The position numbers were made by a program, and so were the translations under genes. Below, one piece after another: positions 9,733 to 18,215 of a DNA stretch of 64,000 bases; position 1 is the first letter of the stretch, and each line of letters opens with the position of its first letter. Source of the DNA: Bryobacterales bacterium (lineage in GTDB: Bacteria > Acidobacteriota > Terriglobia > Bryobacterales > Bryobacteraceae). Where the stretch lies: assembly GCA_025463005.1 (NCBI GenBank), contig JAOAPR010000248.1, forward strand, positions 2,705 through 66,704. Direction: 5' to 3'. Under the pieces are notes generated by a model, which was not told the origin of the DNA, ran no database searches, and worked only from the letters and a program-made list of their open reading frames with translations.

Positions 9733-10191
9733 CTAGAGTGGACCTTCGGCTCGTACTAGCTGCATCCGCGCAGGTACGTTATTGAGAGTGCGTAGCACGG
9801 CGACCTTCCAAACCGTGTTCTCGCGCTTGGCGATAAGCACGAAGGGCACTCTGCGCGTCATCGTCGAACCAATCTGCACATTAGCTCCATCCACCAGGGC
9901 AATGTCAGGAGTTAGGAACTGAACGGAGCGGACGACGATCGCAGGAGGGCTGACCTCGGTCCAGACTCCTTGGGTAATCATGCCCGCGCTGAGGGCCCTA
10001 ATCTGCCGATTAAACTCCACTAAGTCGATGTCGGATGACAGGAGATCGCCAATCCGGCCATTTGCCGGCACCTGAGCTTCTTTGAGGACGGCCACCAACT
10101 TATCGATTGCCGCGCGATCCGCAGATTCATCCGCGGCCCATACCCACGGGGCCACCAGAAGGAGCCACGCCGCGCATTTCATGACCACCAT
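9733..10191 (-). CDS. Secreted SnoaL-like/DUF4440-like (NTF2 fold) protein
   Basis: ORF 9733..10362. The internal Met at 10191 is preferred because it gives the signal peptide MVVMKCAAWLLLVAPWVWA and avoids overlap with the divergent gene at 10245. The C-terminal pattern ..FLTPDIALVDG....VPFVLIAKRENTVWKVAVLR is typical of DUF4440/SgcJ-like proteins. Confidence 0.6.
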   Translation of the reverse strand: MVVMKCAAWLLLVAPWVWAADESADRAAIDKLVAVLKEAQVPANGRIGDLLSSDIDLVEFNRQIRALSAGMITQGVWTEVSPPAIVVRSVQFLTPDIALVDGANVQIGSTMTRRVPFVLIAKRENTVWKVAVLRTLNNVPARMQLVRAEGPL

Positions 10192-10244
10192 GCTATCACC
10201 GTGGGGCAGGCGATCCTGCCGCCTGACAAGTATCATATAGAGCG

Positions 10245-11921
10245 ATGCGATTCCTTGCCTTCCTGTTAGCTGTGTCGGCGCTCTCCGCCCAGGACGCCGG
10301 CGTGACGCATGCCGACTGGCCGCACTACGGCGGCACGCAATTTTCCTGGCGCTATAGCGCACTTGACCAGGTCAACACTTCGAACGTCAAGAATCTCCTC
10401 CCTGCGTGGATTTTCCAAACGGGCGATTACACCGAGAACCTCGGGTCCACGCCCCTTGTGGTCGATGGCGTCATGTATCTTGTCTCCGCCGGCGCGCGCG
10501 TCTTCGCGCTCGATGCAGCTAAAGGGACACTGATCTGGCAGTATCGTTATCCCACTGCTCGCCCCGGCATCGCCGGGAGCCATTCCGATTTCATCCAGAA
10601 TCGCGGGGTCGCAGTCGGCGACGGGAAGGTCTTCTTCGGAACGAAAGATAATTTCGTGGTGGCCCTGGATCAAAAAACAGGCCATGAAGCATGGAAAGTC
10701 AGCGTCGACGATCCCAAGCAGTGCGGGTGCAACATCACAGCAGCGCCGCTTATCGTCAAGGACAAGGTCATCGTCGGCGGCAACGGAGGCGATCAGGCGC
10801 ATCGCGGCTATCTCACCGCCTTCTATACAAAAACCGGACGCGTCGCCTGGCGCTGGTACGTGGTGCCCGCGCCTGGCGAAAAGGGGAATGAAACCTGGAA
10901 AGGCGACAGTTGGCGCTACGGCGGGGGTGCACCGTGGCTCACCGGCTCCTTCGATCCTGACCTCAACTTGGTCTACTGGGGCACCGGCAACGCCGCTTCC
11001 GATTTCTATGACGCTGATCGTGTCGCTTCAGGCGCCAACAAGTCAAGGGACGTGAACCTCTATACAGCCAGCGTGGTCGCGCTCGACGCCGACACCGGTA
11101 AGCTCCGCTGGCACTTCCAGGAAGTCCCTGACGATGTGTGGGATTACGATTCCGCCTATGAAGTTCTCCTGATGGACAGGCAAATCCGCGGTCAGATGCG
11201 CAAGATTCTGGTCCACATGAACAAGAGCGGCTTGACGTTCGTGCTTGACCGCGTCACCGGCGAGTTTCTTAGCTCGTTCAATGTGCCCGAGATCTTCAAT
11301 TGGATCTCGGGTGTTACTGAAGACGGCAAGCTGGTAGGCCGCAACGAACCGGAATTGGGCAAAACCAAGAACTTCTGCCCCAGTACGGCCGGCGCCAAGA
11401 GCTGGAATTCCACGGCGTACTCGCCGCGCACGGGTTTGCTTTACGTTCCTGCCTTAGAGCTCTGCATGGATATCACTTCGAACGACAGCAAGCCCAGCGA
11501 AGGCCGCTTCTACATGAATGGCGATTTCCCCAGTCGCTTGCCGCCTAATCGCGCGACGTACAGTCACGTCGACGCCTGGGATCCGGTCACCGGGAAGCGA
11601 GTCTGGAGCGTGCCGTACAAGTACATCCTGCTTTCCTCCATGCTTGCCACTGCGGGTGACTTGGTCTTTACCGGCGATCCGGAAGGCAACTTCTTCGCGC
11701 TGGACGCGCGCAGCGGCAACAAGCTGTGGAACTTCCAGACGGGCGCCGGACACCGCGGCTCGGCGATCTCGTACGCGGTCAACGGCCGGCAATACATCGC
11801 GGCGACCACCGGATGGCAACAGACATTGGTCGGCGGCGCTATCGTCGGCGTGTTCCCCGAGGAGAGTTTTCGCGCCGGATCGACGCTGGTGGTGTTCGCG
11901 CTGCCGGAGGGATCACGATGA
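10245..11921 (+). CDS. PQQ-dependent dehydrogenase, methanol/ethanol family (8-bladed propeller quinoprotein)
   Basis: Signal peptide MRFLAFLLAVSALSAQ. DWPHYGGTQFSWRYSALDQVNTSNVKNLLPAWIF, ..WKGDSWRYGGGAPW..DPDLNLVYWGTGNA.. and ..VWDYDS.. are hallmark motifs of the family. Confidence 0.9.
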   Translation: MRFLAFLLAVSALSAQDAGVTHADWPHYGGTQFSWRYSALDQVNTSNVKNLLPAWIFQTGDYTENLGSTPLVVDGVMYLVSAGARVFALDAAKGTLIWQYRYPTARPGIAGSHSDFIQNRGVAVGDGKVFFGTKDNFVVALDQKTGHEAWKVSVDDPKQCGCNITAAPLIVKDKVIVGGNGGDQAHRGYLTAFYTKTGRVAWRWYVVPAPGEKGNETWKGDSWRYGGGAPWLTGSFDPDLNLVYWGTGNAASDFYDADRVASGANKSRDVNLYTASVVALDADTGKLRWHFQEVPDDVWDYDSAYEVLLMDRQIRGQMRKILVHMNKSGLTFVLDRVTGEFLSSFNVPEIFNWISGVTEDGKLVGRNEPELGKTKNFCPSTAGAKSWNSTAYSPRTGLLYVPALELCMDITSNDSKPSEGRFYMNGDFPSRLPPNRATYSHVDAWDPVTGKRVWSVPYKYILLSSMLATAGDLVFTGDPEGNFFALDARSGNKLWNFQTGAGHRGSAISYAVNGRQYIAATTGWQQTLVGGAIVGVFPEESFRAGSTLVVFALPEGSR

Positions 11922-12679
11922 AAGCCGGTTTGCTCTTGCTCGTGATTGCCGGAGTCATGGTTGCGCAGAACCTCCCGGACGTGCTGAAGCAAGGCGAAAG
12001 CGTGTTCAATAAAACCTGCGCCACTGGATACTGTCACGGAGCGCGCGGCGCGGCAGGCGGTGCACCGCGGATCGCCGCCCGCGGGTTCGATCAAAGTTTC
12101 ATAAACAATACGGTCCAGCGCGGCGTTCCCAGCACTGCCATGCCGGCATTCGGGACTGCGCTCTCGCGCGCGGACCTGACTGCCGTGGTGGCCTATGTGG
12201 CGTCCCTAAACGGCGTCGCGAGTCCAACCATCGTGGCGAATCGCGGCGGTCCACCCAGCCCGCCAGTTACGCGGCTCACAGGGGATGCCGCTCGCGGCCG
12301 CGATCTGTTCTCGGACGCCGTCCGCAGCTTCGGGCGCTGCTCCACGTGTCATGAAATCGGAGGCATCGGCATCCCCGTCGCGATAACGATCGCCAAAGTT
12401 CCCGCTGATCCGGCCGCCTTGAAAGCGCTCGCCACTCCTCAGGTGTCGACGGCGACGGTGGGTTCCGATTCAATGCCTGCTCTGATGCTCGGCAAGAAAT
12501 CCAATGCGGTGATCTTCTATGATCTGACCACCGCGCCCCCCGTGCTGCGGACCGAATCGCCCTCGGCGGTCCAGACCAGCGATGGCAGTAACTGGCGTCA
12601 CGCCCGCGTCATCGGCTCTTACACCGACGCCGAGCTGTCGGCGATCCTCTCTTATCTCCGTACGGTAGTAAAACCCTGA
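11918..12679 (+). CDS. Dihaem c-type cytochrome, translationally coupled to the PQQ dehydrogenase
   Basis: ATG 11918 overlaps the TGA of the upstream gene (ATGA). Signal/anchor MKAGLLLLVIAGVMVAQ. Two haem motifs: CATGYCH (CX4CH, 12017-12037) and CSTCH. The long ORF start at 11726 is rejected. Confidence 0.8.
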   Translation: MKAGLLLLVIAGVMVAQNLPDVLKQGESVFNKTCATGYCHGARGAAGGAPRIAARGFDQSFINNTVQRGVPSTAMPAFGTALSRADLTAVVAYVASLNGVASPTIVANRGGPPSPPVTRLTGDAARGRDLFSDAVRSFGRCSTCHEIGGIGIPVAITIAKVPADPAALKALATPQVSTATVGSDSMPALMLGKKSNAVIFYDLTTAPPVLRTESPSAVQTSDGSNWRHARVIGSYTDAELSAILSYLRTVVKP

Positions 12680-12729
12680 CGATCTTCACTATCGGTCACT
12701 CCACGCTTCCTATCGAGAAGTTTCTCGAA

Positions 12730-13203
12730 ATGCTCGAGGCGCACGGAATTCAGCAGCTCGTGGATGTCCGCACGATCCCCAAGTCGCGCCGCAACCCTCA
12801 ATTCGGCCAGGATCAACTCGCCGTTTCGCTGGGACAACATGGAATCCGGTACATGCATCTGCCCGGACTCGGAGGGCTGCGCCACCCCAGTAAGGATTCG
12901 ATCAATACCGGCTGGAAGAACGCCAGTTTCCGCGGCTATGCGGATTACATGCAGACTCCTGCCTTCCGTGAGAATCTGGCCAAGCTGATCGAACTTGCCG
13001 CCGCTGGTCCGACCGTCATTATGTGTGCCGAAGCAGTCCCCTGGCAGTGCCACCGCTCGCTGATCGCCGACGCCCTGACCGCGCGCGAAATCGAGGTCCA
13101 GCACATATTTACCGCCGCAAGCAGCAAATCCCACACCTACACGCCCTTTGTACGAGTCGACGGGGAATCGATTACCTACCCCGGCCTCCCACTCACCGAT
13201 TGA
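12730..13203 (+). CDS. DUF488 domain protein
   Basis: ..GIQQLVDVRTIPKSRRNPQF..L.....GIRYMHLPGLGG..and..VIMCAEAVPWQCHRSLIAD match the DUF488 pattern. The conserved N-terminal TIFTIGHS is encoded upstream of this ATG, so the true start is probably earlier (see findings). Confidence 0.8.
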   Translation: MLEAHGIQQLVDVRTIPKSRRNPQFGQDQLAVSLGQHGIRYMHLPGLGGLRHPSKDSINTGWKNASFRGYADYMQTPAFRENLAKLIELAAAGPTVIMCAEAVPWQCHRSLIADALTAREIEVQHIFTAASSKSHTYTPFVRVDGESITYPGLPLTD

Positions 13204-13222
13204 CCTGTTAGACTGGAGGGAC

Positions 13223-14221
13223 TTGTTGTTTCCACGCAATACCTGGGGCTTTGCCTCGACGAGCTTCGTCCTTTTGCTCGCCGGACTCGCCTTGGCGCAG
13301 GCCCCGCCGGCGCCGCAGGACGATCTTCCGCTTTACCGTCTGGACGCGCGTCTGGTGCTTCTTCACGCCAGCGTTGTCGACAAGAACGGAAGGCTGGTCA
13401 CCAACGTTCCCCAATCGGCTTTCAAGATATTCGAGGATGGCGTGGAGCAGCCGCTGCGGCTGTTTCGCCGCGAAGACGTACCCGTCTCGATGGGTATCAT
13501 CGTCGACAACAGCGGAAGTATGAGCAGCAAGCGGAGCCGGGTCGCCGCGGCCGCGCTGGAACTGGTGAAGCAATCCAACCCGGAGGACGAAGTCTTCATC
13601 GTCAATTTCAATGACGATGCGCATATCGATCAGCCTCTGACCAGCGACGTAAAGAAACTCGAAGGTGCGCTCGCCAGGATGGAGGCGCGCGGCGGCACAG
13701 CCATGCGCGACGCGCTGAGTAAATCTATCGAGTACGTCAAGAGAAACGGGAAGAAGGACAAGAAAGTTCTGGTGGTGGTCACCGACGGCAATGATAATTC
13801 CAGCAACATCAGCCTGGAACAGTTGCTCCGCCAGGCGCAGAGCAGCGATGTGCTGATCTATTCCATCGGCTTACTGAACGAAGAAGAGGCGCGTGAGGCG
13901 CGGTCGGCCAAGCGGGCTCTGAAGGCGCTGGCGGAAGCCTCCGGCGGCCTGGATTACTACCCTAAGAGCCTTGGCGATGTGCAGGAGATCACCCCGCGTG
14001 TGGCCCACGAGATCCGCAATCAGTATGTTCTCGGGTACACATCTTCGAATCCCGCTTTGGATGGTACGTTCCGGCAAGTCAAGGTGACCGTGACCGGCTT
14101 TGGACGACCAACCGTCCGCACCCGCAACGGCTATTACGCGACGCCTACGGCCCGGAATGTGGGGCGGCCCGAATCTACGGAAGCGTTGGCGCGTAATATC
14201 CATGCCGCGCCCGTACGCTGA
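13223..14221 (+). CDS. VWA domain protein (VWFA-related acidobacterial domain type)
   Basis: ORF 13148..14221. TTG 13223 is preferred (GGAGGG lies 4 nt upstream and the start avoids overlap with DUF488). Signal peptide ..FVLLLAGLALAQA. Typical ..LVLLHASVVDKNGRLV..L....F.I.EDG..Q is followed by the VWA MIDAS motif DNSGSMS and ..VVVTDGNDNSS. Confidence 0.8.
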   Translation: MLFPRNTWGFASTSFVLLLAGLALAQAPPAPQDDLPLYRLDARLVLLHASVVDKNGRLVTNVPQSAFKIFEDGVEQPLRLFRREDVPVSMGIIVDNSGSMSSKRSRVAAAALELVKQSNPEDEVFIVNFNDDAHIDQPLTSDVKKLEGALARMEARGGTAMRDALSKSIEYVKRNGKKDKKVLVVVTDGNDNSSNISLEQLLRQAQSSDVLIYSIGLLNEEEAREARSAKRALKALAEASGGLDYYPKSLGDVQEITPRVAHEIRNQYVLGYTSSNPALDGTFRQVKVTVTGFGRPTVRTRNGYYATPTARNVGRPESTEALARNIHAAPVR

Positions 14222-15107
14222 ACTCTTTGCGGTCCTTCACGCGAATGTCCACCGGATGGTACAGGCCATCGGTGCGTAGCGGTTCCGGCCGGTAGAACAC
14301 GTTGTACTGGTGCCGCAACTCATTGGCGATGTTCTCGAACGACTGTCCCATGTCCTCGGCTTTGAAGGGGAAGAAAGCCATTCCGCCGGTCTCTTCCGCA
14401 TAGCGCTTCAGCACCTTGTCGCCGCTGGTTTCGAGGTGCGTGATGTTGGTGGATATAGTGTAGATCACCGCATCCGCTTTGTGCGCCATCTCCAGCGCCT
14501 GTTCGCGCGTCCACCGGCTCTGATTGTCGTCGCCATCGCTCAGCACCACCAGCGCGCGGCGGAACTTGTCGCGCGGCTGATCCTTCATCAGCACGTCCCG
14601 GCAGGAAAAGAAAATCGCGTCGTACAGAGCGGTTCCTCCACCCGGCCGCAGATCGCGGATGGCCTTGGTGATTGCGACCGAGTCGTCGGTCAGATCAGCC
14701 ACCAGCTCCGGTGACGTATCGAAACTCACCACGATTGCCCGGTCCTTGCCCGGCCGCATCACGGTCGTGACGAAGTCCGTCGCGGCTTCCTGGATGAACC
14801 GGAAGCGGTCGCGAATGCTATTGCTGGTGTCGATCAGGATCGCCAGCCGCAGGGGCAAATCTGTTTCGGCCGTGAATTCCAGAATCTTCTGCGGCTTCTT
14901 GTTTTCGATAATCTCAAAATCGTCTTTGGTTAAATTGCTGACGAATCGGCCCTTTTTGTCCGTCACCGTGTATAGCAGGTTCACGCGCGTCACGTCCACA
15001 GTGATCCGGCTCTGGTCCTCGGGAGCCGCTTTCTGTTTGGAATTCTGCTTGGAATTCTGCCCAAACATGAGAGCAACGCTTACAAGGGCAATAACGGCGC
15101 GTTTCAT
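14175..15107 (-). CDS. VWA domain protein (VWFA-related acidobacterial domain type), paralog
   Basis: Signal peptide MKRAVIALVSVALMFGQ. ..VNLLYTVTDKKGRFVSNLTKDDFEIIENKKPQ.., MIDAS-like DTSNSI and ..VVLSDGDDNQS. The 3' end overlaps the convergent paralog by 47 nt. Confidence 0.85.
   Translation of the reverse strand: MKRAVIALVSVALMFGQNSKQNSKQKAAPEDQSRITVDVTRVNLLYTVTDKKGRFVSNLTKDDFEIIENKKPQKILEFTAETDLPLRLAILIDTSNSIRDRFRFIQEAATDFVTTVMRPGKDRAIVVSFDTSPELVADLTDDSVAITKAIRDLRPGGGTALYDAIFFSCRDVLMKDQPRDKFRRALVVLSDGDDNQSRWTREQALEMAHKADAVIYTISTNITHLETSGDKVLKRYAEETGGMAFFPFKAEDMGQSFENIANELRHQYNVFYRPEPLRTDGLYHPVDIRVKDRKEFSVRARHGYYAPTLP
15037..15060. repeat. Perfect 12-nt tandem duplication inside the VWA gene
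   Basis: ttggaattctgc occurs twice in tandem (15037-15048 and 15049-15060). It encodes QNSK-QNSK just after the signal peptide. Confidence 0.9.
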
Positions 15108-15119
15108 GGCTTATCTGAA

Positions 15120-15998
15120 TTATAGCCCCGCCAACCAAACGTCGAGCTCCGGGGGCAATGGAGCCTCCACCGTCACCCGCTCCCCCGTGGCAGGGCTCAG
15201 AAAACCAATCCGAGCCGCGTGTAGAAACAATCGATTCGCTGGTGGCGCTCCATATACGCGATCCCCGGCGACTGGGTGCCCGATACTTGCCAGATGCACC
15301 CGAATCTGGTGGGTTCGGCCCGTCCCGATCCGGACCTCCAGAAAGGTGAACTTTTCGAAGCGCTTCCGCACACGGTACTCGGTCAGCGCCTCGCGCCCCG
15401 ACTCGAGGCGCGCCGTCATTCGCGTCCGTCGAACCGGGTCCCGTGCGATTGGCTTCGTGATCCGTCCCGAATCCGCCCGTACTTTTCCGTTCACCAGCGC
15501 GAGATAAATCTTCTCCACGGTACGGCCCGCGAACTGCGCGGCCAGAGCGCGATGCGCTGCGTCCGTGCGGGCGACCAGGAGCACGCCGCTGGTATCTTTA
15601 TCCAGCCGGTGGACGATCCCGGGCCGCAACTCGCCGCCTAATTGGGAGAGCGCGCCGAACCGGTGCACCAGCCGGTTGACCAGCGTCCCCTCATGCAGCC
15701 CCGCTCCCGCATGCACGGCCAGGCCTGCGGGCTTATTTACAGCGATGAGTGACGCGTCTTCATACAGCACTTCCACTGGAAGATCTTCGGGGGTGGCCTT
15801 GAGCGGCGGCAGCCCGGCCGGGGAGACCTCGATCCGCTCGCCTCCGCGCAACGGGAGCGATGCTTTTGCAACTGAGCTGTTCACCAGCACATGGCCGTCC
15901 TTGATCCACGATTGAATCCGTGACCGGCTGTACTCACTCAATTTTTCTTGCAGAAAATGATCCAGCCGCTTCCCTGGCTCGCCCGTAAACGAGTGCAT
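15120..15998 (-). CDS. rluD: RluA-family 23S rRNA pseudouridine synthase (RluD-like, with S4 domain)
   Basis: ORF 15120..16091. Met at 15998 is preferred because it abuts the metW stop. S4-like RLDHFLQEKL..SRSRIQSWIKDGHVLVN, and the catalytic motif HRLDKDTSGVLLVA. Confidence 0.85.
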   Translation of the reverse strand: MHSFTGEPGKRLDHFLQEKLSEYSRSRIQSWIKDGHVLVNSSVAKASLPLRGGERIEVSPAGLPPLKATPEDLPVEVLYEDASLIAVNKPAGLAVHAGAGLHEGTLVNRLVHRFGALSQLGGELRPGIVHRLDKDTSGVLLVARTDAAHRALAAQFAGRTVEKIYLALVNGKVRADSGRITKPIARDPVRRTRMTARLESGREALTEYRVRKRFEKFTFLEVRIGTGRTHQIRVHLASIGHPVAGDRVYGAPPANRLFLHAARIGFLSPATGERVTVEAPLPPELDVWLAGL

Positions 15999-16000
15999 GC

Positions 16001-16633
16001 TTACGGAGCCGCGACAGTAATGGAATGGTTCAGCGCGGCCCCCGCTGATACCTGAAACACCGCGATTTCCGCCATCAGGTTGGGCATCCACGTTACCTGC
16101 CGCTCCCCGGCCACGAAGATGCGCCGCTCCACTTTCCAGCCCTGCTTCAGTATCAACGCCTCGAAGTCCAACACCGTTAGAAAGTGAATGTTCGGCGAAT
16201 CGTACCAGTCATACGGAAACAAGTCGGTCCGCGGCGCGCCCCCGCTCAGCAGCGTCGCCAGCCGCACCGAGTAGTGCCCGAAATTGGGGAACGCCACCAC
16301 CGCGCGTTTGCCGACGCGCAGCATGCCTCGCAGCACCCGCAGCGGATAGCGCGTCTCCTGCAGCGTTTGCGACAGGATCACGTAATCGAACGCCTGATCC
16401 GGATAATCCTCGACTGCCGACTCCAGATCGCCTTGGTAGACCGATGCGCCGCGTGCGATGGCCTTTTGGACGCGCGCGCCTTCCATCTCAACGCCGCGTC
16501 CGTCCACCTGCTTGTTCTCCTTGAGCCAGGCCAGCAGCTCGCCTTCGCCGCAGCCGAGATCGAGCACCCGCGTCCGCGGCTCGATCAGTTCTCCGATGAT
16601 GGCGAAGTCGCGCCGCCCATAAACTTTACGCAC
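16001..16633 (-). CDS. metW: Methionine biosynthesis protein MetW
   Basis: VLDLGCGEGELLAWL.., FDYVILSQTLQ, AVVAFPNFGHYSVR.. and PYDWYDSPNIHFLT are characteristic of MetW. The gene overlaps metX by 8 nt. Confidence 0.85.
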   Translation of the reverse strand: MRKVYGRRDFAIIGELIEPRTRVLDLGCGEGELLAWLKENKQVDGRGVEMEGARVQKAIARGASVYQGDLESAVEDYPDQAFDYVILSQTLQETRYPLRVLRGMLRVGKRAVVAFPNFGHYSVRLATLLSGGAPRTDLFPYDWYDSPNIHFLTVLDFEALILKQGWKVERRIFVAGERQVTWMPNLMAEIAVFQVSAGAALNHSITVAAP

Positions 16634-17696
16634 CCGCTGCTGCCTCCCGGAAGGTGCTCGCCAGGAACCCGCGGACTACTTCCGTCTGCTGCTCCACTTC
16701 CACCAGGAAGGAATCGTGCCCGTAGCGCGCGTCCAGATTGCAGTAGGCCACGTCGCAATTCCGCCCTCGCAACGCCTTGACGATCTCGAGCGATTGGTAC
16801 GGCGGATAGAGCCAGTCCGACGTGTAGCTGATCAGAAGAAAGCGCGCCTCATTCGATTCGAACAGCGTGGGCAGCGCGCCGCGCTGCGTCAGATCGAACG
16901 TGTCCATGGCGCGGGTGATGTAGATATACGAATTCGCGTCGAAGCGGTCGACGAACTTGTAGCCGCGGTACTTCAGATAGCTCTCGACTTCGAACTGGTC
17001 CGGCGTCCGCAGCTTGCGCCCGAACTTCTCGCGCATGCTTTCGTCGCTCATGTAGGTGATGTGGCCCACCATGCGCGCCACTGCCAATCCGCGTCCCGGC
17101 AGCCGTCCGCCGTAATAGTTTCCGTTGTTCCAGTCGGGATCCGCCATGATCGCCTGCCGCCCGACCTCGTTGAATGCAATCTGCTGGGCGCTGTGCCGCG
17201 CCGTCGTTGCAATCGGAATCGCCGACGCCACCCGTTCCGGATACGTCACGGCCCATTCCAGCGCCTGCATCCCGCCCATCGAGCCGCCCGATACGGTGAG
17301 AAGCCGCCCGATTCCCAGATGATCGATCAGCATTTTCTGCAGCCGCACCATATCCGCAATCGATACCTGTGGGAACGACATCGCCCACGGGCATCCGGTC
17401 TCCGGATTGATCGAGCCCGGACCGGTGGTGCCGCGGCATCCGCCCAAGACGTTTGAACAGATAACGAAGTACTGGTCGGTGTCGAAGGCCTTGCCGGGTC
17501 CGATCATGGACGACCACCAGCCGCCCTCCCCCGCCGCGTGCGCGTCGCCTGAAAAGGCGTGCACGATCAGAATGGCGTTGGACCGCGCGGCGTTCAGCTC
17601 GCCGTAGGTTTCATAGGCGACCTCTACCGGTGCCAGCGTAACGCCGGAATCCAGCTCCAGCCGGTCGAAACTACAGCTAGCAACCTCCGTGACCAT
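16626..17696 (-). CDS. metX: Homoserine O-acetyltransferase MetX
   Basis: ..AYETYGELNAARSNAILIVHAFSGDAHAAG.., the nucleophile-elbow motif GGSMGGMQALEW, and ..GHDSFL at the C-terminus. Confidence 0.9.
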   Translation of the reverse strand: MVTEVASCSFDRLELDSGVTLAPVEVAYETYGELNAARSNAILIVHAFSGDAHAAGEGGWWSSMIGPGKAFDTDQYFVICSNVLGGCRGTTGPGSINPETGCPWAMSFPQVSIADMVRLQKMLIDHLGIGRLLTVSGGSMGGMQALEWAVTYPERVASAIPIATTARHSAQQIAFNEVGRQAIMADPDWNNGNYYGGRLPGRGLAVARMVGHITYMSDESMREKFGRKLRTPDQFEVESYLKYRGYKFVDRFDANSYIYITRAMDTFDLTQRGALPTLFESNEARFLLISYTSDWLYPPYQSLEIVKALRGRNCDVAYCNLDARYGHDSFLVEVEQQTEVVRGFLASTFREAAAGA

Positions 17697-17762
17697 GGGG
17701 ATACCTTCAGTGTATCCGGTGCGGAATTACTATATCGTGGTCAGGAGGCAAACGCCCCCCTT

Positions 17763-18215
17763 ATGCGAAAAATATTGAAGAAGTTGCTTGCAACACCCGA
17801 CGACCCGACCCTCACTCTTGCCCGGATCATTCTGGCCGTCATCTTCTTTGCCCACGGATCTCAAAAGATGTTCGGGTTCTTCGGGGGCCGGGGAGTTTCG
17901 GGGACTATCGCGATCTTCCAGCAAACTATGGGTATCCCCGCGCCCTTGACGATTCTGGCGATGACCGCCGAAGTCTTCGGCGCCATCGGCCTATTCTTCG
18001 GCATGTTCAGCCGCATCGCCGCGCTAGGAGTCCTGGTGGTGATGATGGTAGCCCCATTCGCGAACCATCTCTACCCCAACTTCTTCATGAACTGGACTGG
18101 CCGCCAGGTGGGTGAAGGCTACGAATATCATCTTCTCGCGATCGCGCTGATCGTTACGATCCTGGTTCGGGGCGCCGGCGCCCTCTCGCTCGACCGCTCG
18201 ATTTCATCCAGGTAG
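17763..18215 (+). CDS. DoxX family membrane protein
   Basis: ATG 17763 lies within ORF 17559..18215. MRKILKKLL..LARIILAVIFFAHGSQKMFGFFGG.. is followed by 4 hydrophobic helices, which is the DoxX pattern. Confidence 0.8.
   Translation: MRKILKKLLATPDDPTLTLARIILAVIFFAHGSQKMFGFFGGRGVSGTIAIFQQTMGIPAPLTILAMTAEVFGAIGLFFGMFSRIAALGVLVVMMVAPFANHLYPNFFMNWTGRQVGEGYEYHLLAIALIVTILVRGAGALSLDRSISSR

Noticed and set aside
11726-11917. Upstream extension of the dihaem cytochrome ORF inside the PQQ dehydrogenase gene.
   Set aside because: The extension is Arg-rich and has no signal peptide. ATG 11918 yields a proper signal/anchor and forms an ATGA overlap with the upstream stop.
12652-13239. 195-aa minus-strand ORF covering the DUF488 gene.
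   Set aside because: It is a shadow ORF. The plus-strand frame carries the DUF488 motifs.
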